Positions 60,945 through 64,000 of a stretch of 64,000 nt of DNA are shown one piece after another. Every line of letters starts with the position of its first letter. The first letter of the stretch is position 1. This stretch comes from an uncultured beta proteobacterium (lineage in GTDB: Bacteria > Pseudomonadota > Gammaproteobacteria > Burkholderiales > Burkholderiaceae_F): NCBI GenBank assembly GCA_963702595.1, contig CAVPDC010000024.1, positions 12,593-76,592 on the forward strand, in the 5' to 3' direction. Under the pieces are notes generated by a model. The model was not told where the DNA came from. It saw nothing but the letters and a program-made list of their open reading frames with translations, and made no database searches. Position numbers and translations under genes: made by a program.

Positions 60945-61951
60945 CAGCGCGCAGTCCGGGCCGCATGCGCGCGATGGTGCTGACCGCGCCCGGACAGCCG
61001 CTGCTCCTCGAAGAGCGTCCCGTACCACGTCCACGGCCCGGCGAGATTCTGCTGCGCGTGCATGCCTGCGGCGTTTGCCGCACGGACCTGCACATCGTCG
61101 ACGGTGAACTCAGTGAACCCGCGCTGCCGCTGGTGCCTGGCCACGAGATCGTGGGTGTCGTCGTCGAGTGCGGAGCCGGCGTGTCGAAGTTCGAGACGGG
61201 CGATCGCGTCGGCGTGCCCTGGCTAGGGTCGACTTGCGGTGCATGCCCCTACTGTAGCGGCGGTCGTGAGAACCTGTGCGACGCTCCGATTTTCACGGGC
61301 TACACGCGTGACGGCGGCTATGCCGAGCATGTGGTGGCCGATGCCCGCTACTGCTTTGCCTTGCCGGCCGCACTCGATGACTTTCACGCGGCACCGTTGC
61401 TCTGCGCGGGCCTGATCGGCTATCGCGCGCTTCGCTTGGCGGGCGACGCCCGCCGGCTGGGCATCTACGGCTTCGGCGCGGCAGCGCATGTCATTGCACA
61501 GGTGGCGTTATGGCAGGGACGCGCCGTGTACGCCTACACCCGGCCCGGCGATCTTGCCGGCCAGGTCTTCGCCCGCTCCCTGGGTTGCGGCTGGGCCGGC
61601 GACTCGACGCAGCCGCCACCCGAACCGCTCGATGCGGCGTTGATCTTCGCCCCCGATGGCGCGCTGGTGCCCGCCGCGCTGCAGGCAACGCGCAAGGGCG
61701 GCACCGTCATCTGTGCCGGCATCCACATGAGCGACATTCCCGCGTTCCCGTATCGCTGGCTGTGGGGTGAGCGCAGCATCTGTTCGGTGGCCAACCTGAC
61801 GCGTGCCGACGGTGAGGAGTTCCTGGCGCTCGTTGCCCAGGTGCCGGTGCACACGACGGTCGAGGTGTATCCGCTGGGTGAGGCCAATGCAGCACTGGAC
61901 GCGCTCCGGGCCGGGCGCGTAAATGGTGCCGCCGTGCTCGACTGCCGCTGA
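60941..61951 (+). CDS. Zinc-dependent alcohol dehydrogenase (MDR family)
   Basis: 336 aa. CGVCRTDLH, GHEIVG, structural Zn site CGACPYCSGGRENLC. Confidence 0.9.
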   Translation: MTARSPGRMRAMVLTAPGQPLLLEERPVPRPRPGEILLRVHACGVCRTDLHIVDGELSEPALPLVPGHEIVGVVVECGAGVSKFETGDRVGVPWLGSTCGACPYCSGGRENLCDAPIFTGYTRDGGYAEHVVADARYCFALPAALDDFHAAPLLCAGLIGYRALRLAGDARRLGIYGFGAAAHVIAQVALWQGRAVYAYTRPGDLAGQVFARSLGCGWAGDSTQPPPEPLDAALIFAPDGALVPAALQATRKGGTVICAGIHMSDIPAFPYRWLWGERSICSVANLTRADGEEFLALVAQVPVHTTVEVYPLGEANAALDALRAGRVNGAAVLDCR

Positions 61952-62995
61952 TCAGCCCGACTGGGTTTCCAGGACTAGGTGCCGCAGTGCGCGTGCATCG
62001 TCGAGCGCATGATGACGCCGCAGCTTGAGCTGCTGTGCCGCCTCGTCGAGCGCTTCATACGCGATCGGCACCCGCTGCCAGCGCACGTTGGGCGGGAGAT
62101 CCTCGCGTCCGAACAACTCGGCAAGTGCCCAGCGGTCGAAGCCGGAGTCGCTGATGATTGTCGTGGGCGTGCGCCGCGACCGTTCCTCGAGCCACTCGGT
62201 CAGGGCCTGGGCGCCGAGTTCGACCGGCACTGCGTCGCCATCGAGCAGCGGCATCACCGTCGACTGCACGAATGGACTGGCGCGCTCTACGTTCCAGCCC
62301 TGCAGCTCTGCATAGAACGCCGTCGAATCGGTGGCGACCGCACCAATGCTGATCAGCTGCGGCGCAGTCAGGTCAGTGAACTCGCTGTCGATGAAGACGT
62401 AGGTCTGGGCCGGATCGGGGCGCAGGACCGGCGACGGGACGTTGAGGATGCGGAACAGCAGCACTTCGTCGGCGTAGTCGCCGACCGGGAGCTGAAGCTT
62501 GGAGACAACCTCCTGGGCCGGCAGGTCGGTCTCGCGGAAGCCCGCGCGCCGCATCGCGCGCAGTGCCTTGACGTTGCGGCGTGACGGGCGCACCAGAAAC
62601 CGGTTCACTCCGTAGTTCGCCTGCAACCAGTCACACAGCACCACCAGCGCTTCGGAACCAAACCCGTGGCCGGCCACGCGCCGCTCGGCCAGCCAGATGT
62701 CGAGTTCCACGACATCGTTCCTGAGGTCGATCGCGCCGTGCGAGATACAGCCAATGTCCTCGCCATTGACGCTGACGATCAGCATGCGGCCGGCATACGG
62801 CTGGCTCCCGTCGTAGAACAGGTCGGGGTAGCCGACGCTAAACGCCTCGAGCGACGGAATCGGATGGTCCGGAAACATCGCCCCGCCCATCAGGTTGGCC
62901 GTCAGGTCGGATCCGATGAGCCACTCGTAGACACGCGCCCGGTCAGTGTCGCGCGCGCGCTTCAGCGTGACCTTCGGGCCGGCGATCGTCGTCAT
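61952..62995 (-). CDS. Fusion protein: AAC(6')-Ib-like GNAT acyltransferase domain plus a C-terminal DEDDh 3'-5' exonuclease domain (Rv2179c-like)
   Basis: 347 aa from the ATG at 62995 (ATGA overlap with the upstream M14 gene). The GNAT part has LKRARDTDRARVYEWL...RRNVKALRAMRRAGF. The exonuclease part has FIDSEFTD, ISDSGFDRWAL and HHALDDARAL (ExoI/II/III). Confidence 0.7.
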   Translation of the reverse strand: MTTIAGPKVTLKRARDTDRARVYEWLIGSDLTANLMGGAMFPDHPIPSLEAFSVGYPDLFYDGSQPYAGRMLIVSVNGEDIGCISHGAIDLRNDVVELDIWLAERRVAGHGFGSEALVVLCDWLQANYGVNRFLVRPSRRNVKALRAMRRAGFRETDLPAQEVVSKLQLPVGDYADEVLLFRILNVPSPVLRPDPAQTYVFIDSEFTDLTAPQLISIGAVATDSTAFYAELQGWNVERASPFVQSTVMPLLDGDAVPVELGAQALTEWLEERSRRTPTTIISDSGFDRWALAELFGREDLPPNVRWQRVPIAYEALDEAAQQLKLRRHHALDDARALRHLVLETQSG

Positions 62996-64000
62996 GTCGT
63001 ACTGCGCTGCAGGTGTTGCAGCAACGGGCCGAGCAGGTCGCCGCCAAGACGCGCGCTGCGGGCTCCGTTCCATCCGGTGCGCGGGTCGGGGGCGTTCGCG
63101 TTGTCCTTGAACGGCATCTCGAGCGTCAACGAAAGACAGCCGAAACTGTGGCCGACATACTTCGATGCGAGTTTCAGCACATCGTCCTTGTACTTGCTTG
63201 CCGCGTAGCCATGCTCGCTCTGGAAGTCCGGACTGGCCAGGCGGAGTGCTGCACTGAATGAATCCTGCTCAGCCGCCTGGCGCAGTGTGAAGTCCGGCAG
63301 CATCTCGCAGCCGGCCACGAATACATACGGCAGGTTCTCGTCACCGTGGATGTCGAAGAACGCGGCGCAGCCGGTCGCATGAAGGGCGCTCTTCACGGCC
63401 AGCACTTCGGGACTGCGTTCGACGCTCGGCGCCAGCCACTCGCGATTGAGGTTCGCACCCGCCGCGTTGGTGCGCAGGTTGCCCATGACCGAGCCGTCAG
63501 GATTCATGTTCGGAACAATGTAAAGCGTCGCACTGTCTCGCAGGGCGCGCGCCACCGGATCGGCCGGATCCAGCAACCGCTGCAGCAGTCCCTCGATAAA
63601 CCATTCGGCCATCGTTTCGCCCGGATGCTGGCGGGCGATGATCCACACTGGCCGGCCTCCTGTGCCGACGACCAGCGCATCGAGGTCGCGCCCAAGCAGG
63701 CTGGCACCCAACCGTTGCTGCCGCGCTCCGCGTGCCACGGAGTCTGCCAGCAGCGACAGGTGCCGTTCCCACGAATACGGCTCGAAGTACGCGACATACG
63801 TCGGCCCCGGCGCTGGCGGAACGTTGATCGTCATCGTTGCGCCATCGAAGCGCGTCGGAAGGCGCACCCAGTGCGCACGATCGGTGCTGGCGACTGCCCG
63901 ATACTCCCGCCACCCACCCGGGTAGGTGGTCGCACCGGCGTTCGTGACGCGCAGCGTCGCACCGGACTGCTCAGCCCCGCTGATCCGGAAGTGAAACCAC
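62992..64000 (-). CDS. M14-family zinc carboxypeptidase (cytosolic carboxypeptidase-like; N-terminus beyond the window)
   Basis: Zn ligands in HPGET and FFDIHGDE. PNMNPDG motif. The frame stays open to nt 64000 (WFHFRISGAEQSGATLRVTNAG..., N-terminal beta-sandwich domain). Confidence 0.8.
   Translation of the reverse strand, partial: WFHFRISGAEQSGATLRVTNAGATTYPGGWREYRAVASTDRAHWVRLPTRFDGATMTINVPPAPGPTYVAYFEPYSWERHLSLLADSVARGARQQRLGASLLGRDLDALVVGTGGRPVWIIARQHPGETMAEWFIEGLLQRLLDPADPVARALRDSATLYIVPNMNPDGSVMGNLRTNAAGANLNREWLAPSVERSPEVLAVKSALHATGCAAFFDIHGDENLPYVFVAGCEMLPDFTLRQAAEQDSFSAALRLASPDFQSEHGYAASKYKDDVLKLASKYVGHSFGCLSLTLEMPFKDNANAPDPRTGWNGARSARLGGDLLGPLLQHLQRSTT

Overview
This is a 64-kb chromosomal window of high-GC DNA (roughly 65%, estimated by eye). 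Gene content and order look betaproteobacterial (Rhodocyclales/Burkholderiales style); that assignment is an inference, not a search result. I found no rRNA, tRNA, CRISPR array, transposase or integrase. The window is almost entirely central carbon and redox metabolism. It contains PHA genes: phaR at the left edge, then phaB-phaA-phaC 9 kb away. It also contains pgeF-rluD / bamD, a DinG-family helicase and a PP2C phosphatase. The 2-oxoglutarate dehydrogenase operon is sucA-sucB-(SHOCT/PspC gene)-lpdA-zapE. Next come a KorC-like/KorA/KorB 2-oxoacid:ferredoxin oxidoreductase (OFOR) cluster, nfnAB, and a second two-subunit OFOR. That second OFOR is followed by a 743-aa ferredoxin-tailed protein of unknown function and a ComB-family phosphatase. 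After these come gltA-sdhE-sdhBADC-gntR, mdh, prpB-prpC-GNAT-prpD-acnA, an Mla/MCE-type ABC system, DUF2237-PIN-ADH, a GNAT::DEDDh-exonuclease fusion and an M14 peptidase. The best candidate for something undescribed is the tightly packed nfnA-nfnB-korA2-korB2-X-comB-like operon (33.0-41.4 kb). Second, four single-base indels, at or beside short C runs (CC to CCCC), break nfnB, protein X and prpC (twice). They are either homopolymer sequencing errors or real pseudogenisation of three redox/propionate genes. Many long ORFs in the supplied track are high-GC antisense or read-through artefacts and were rejected.
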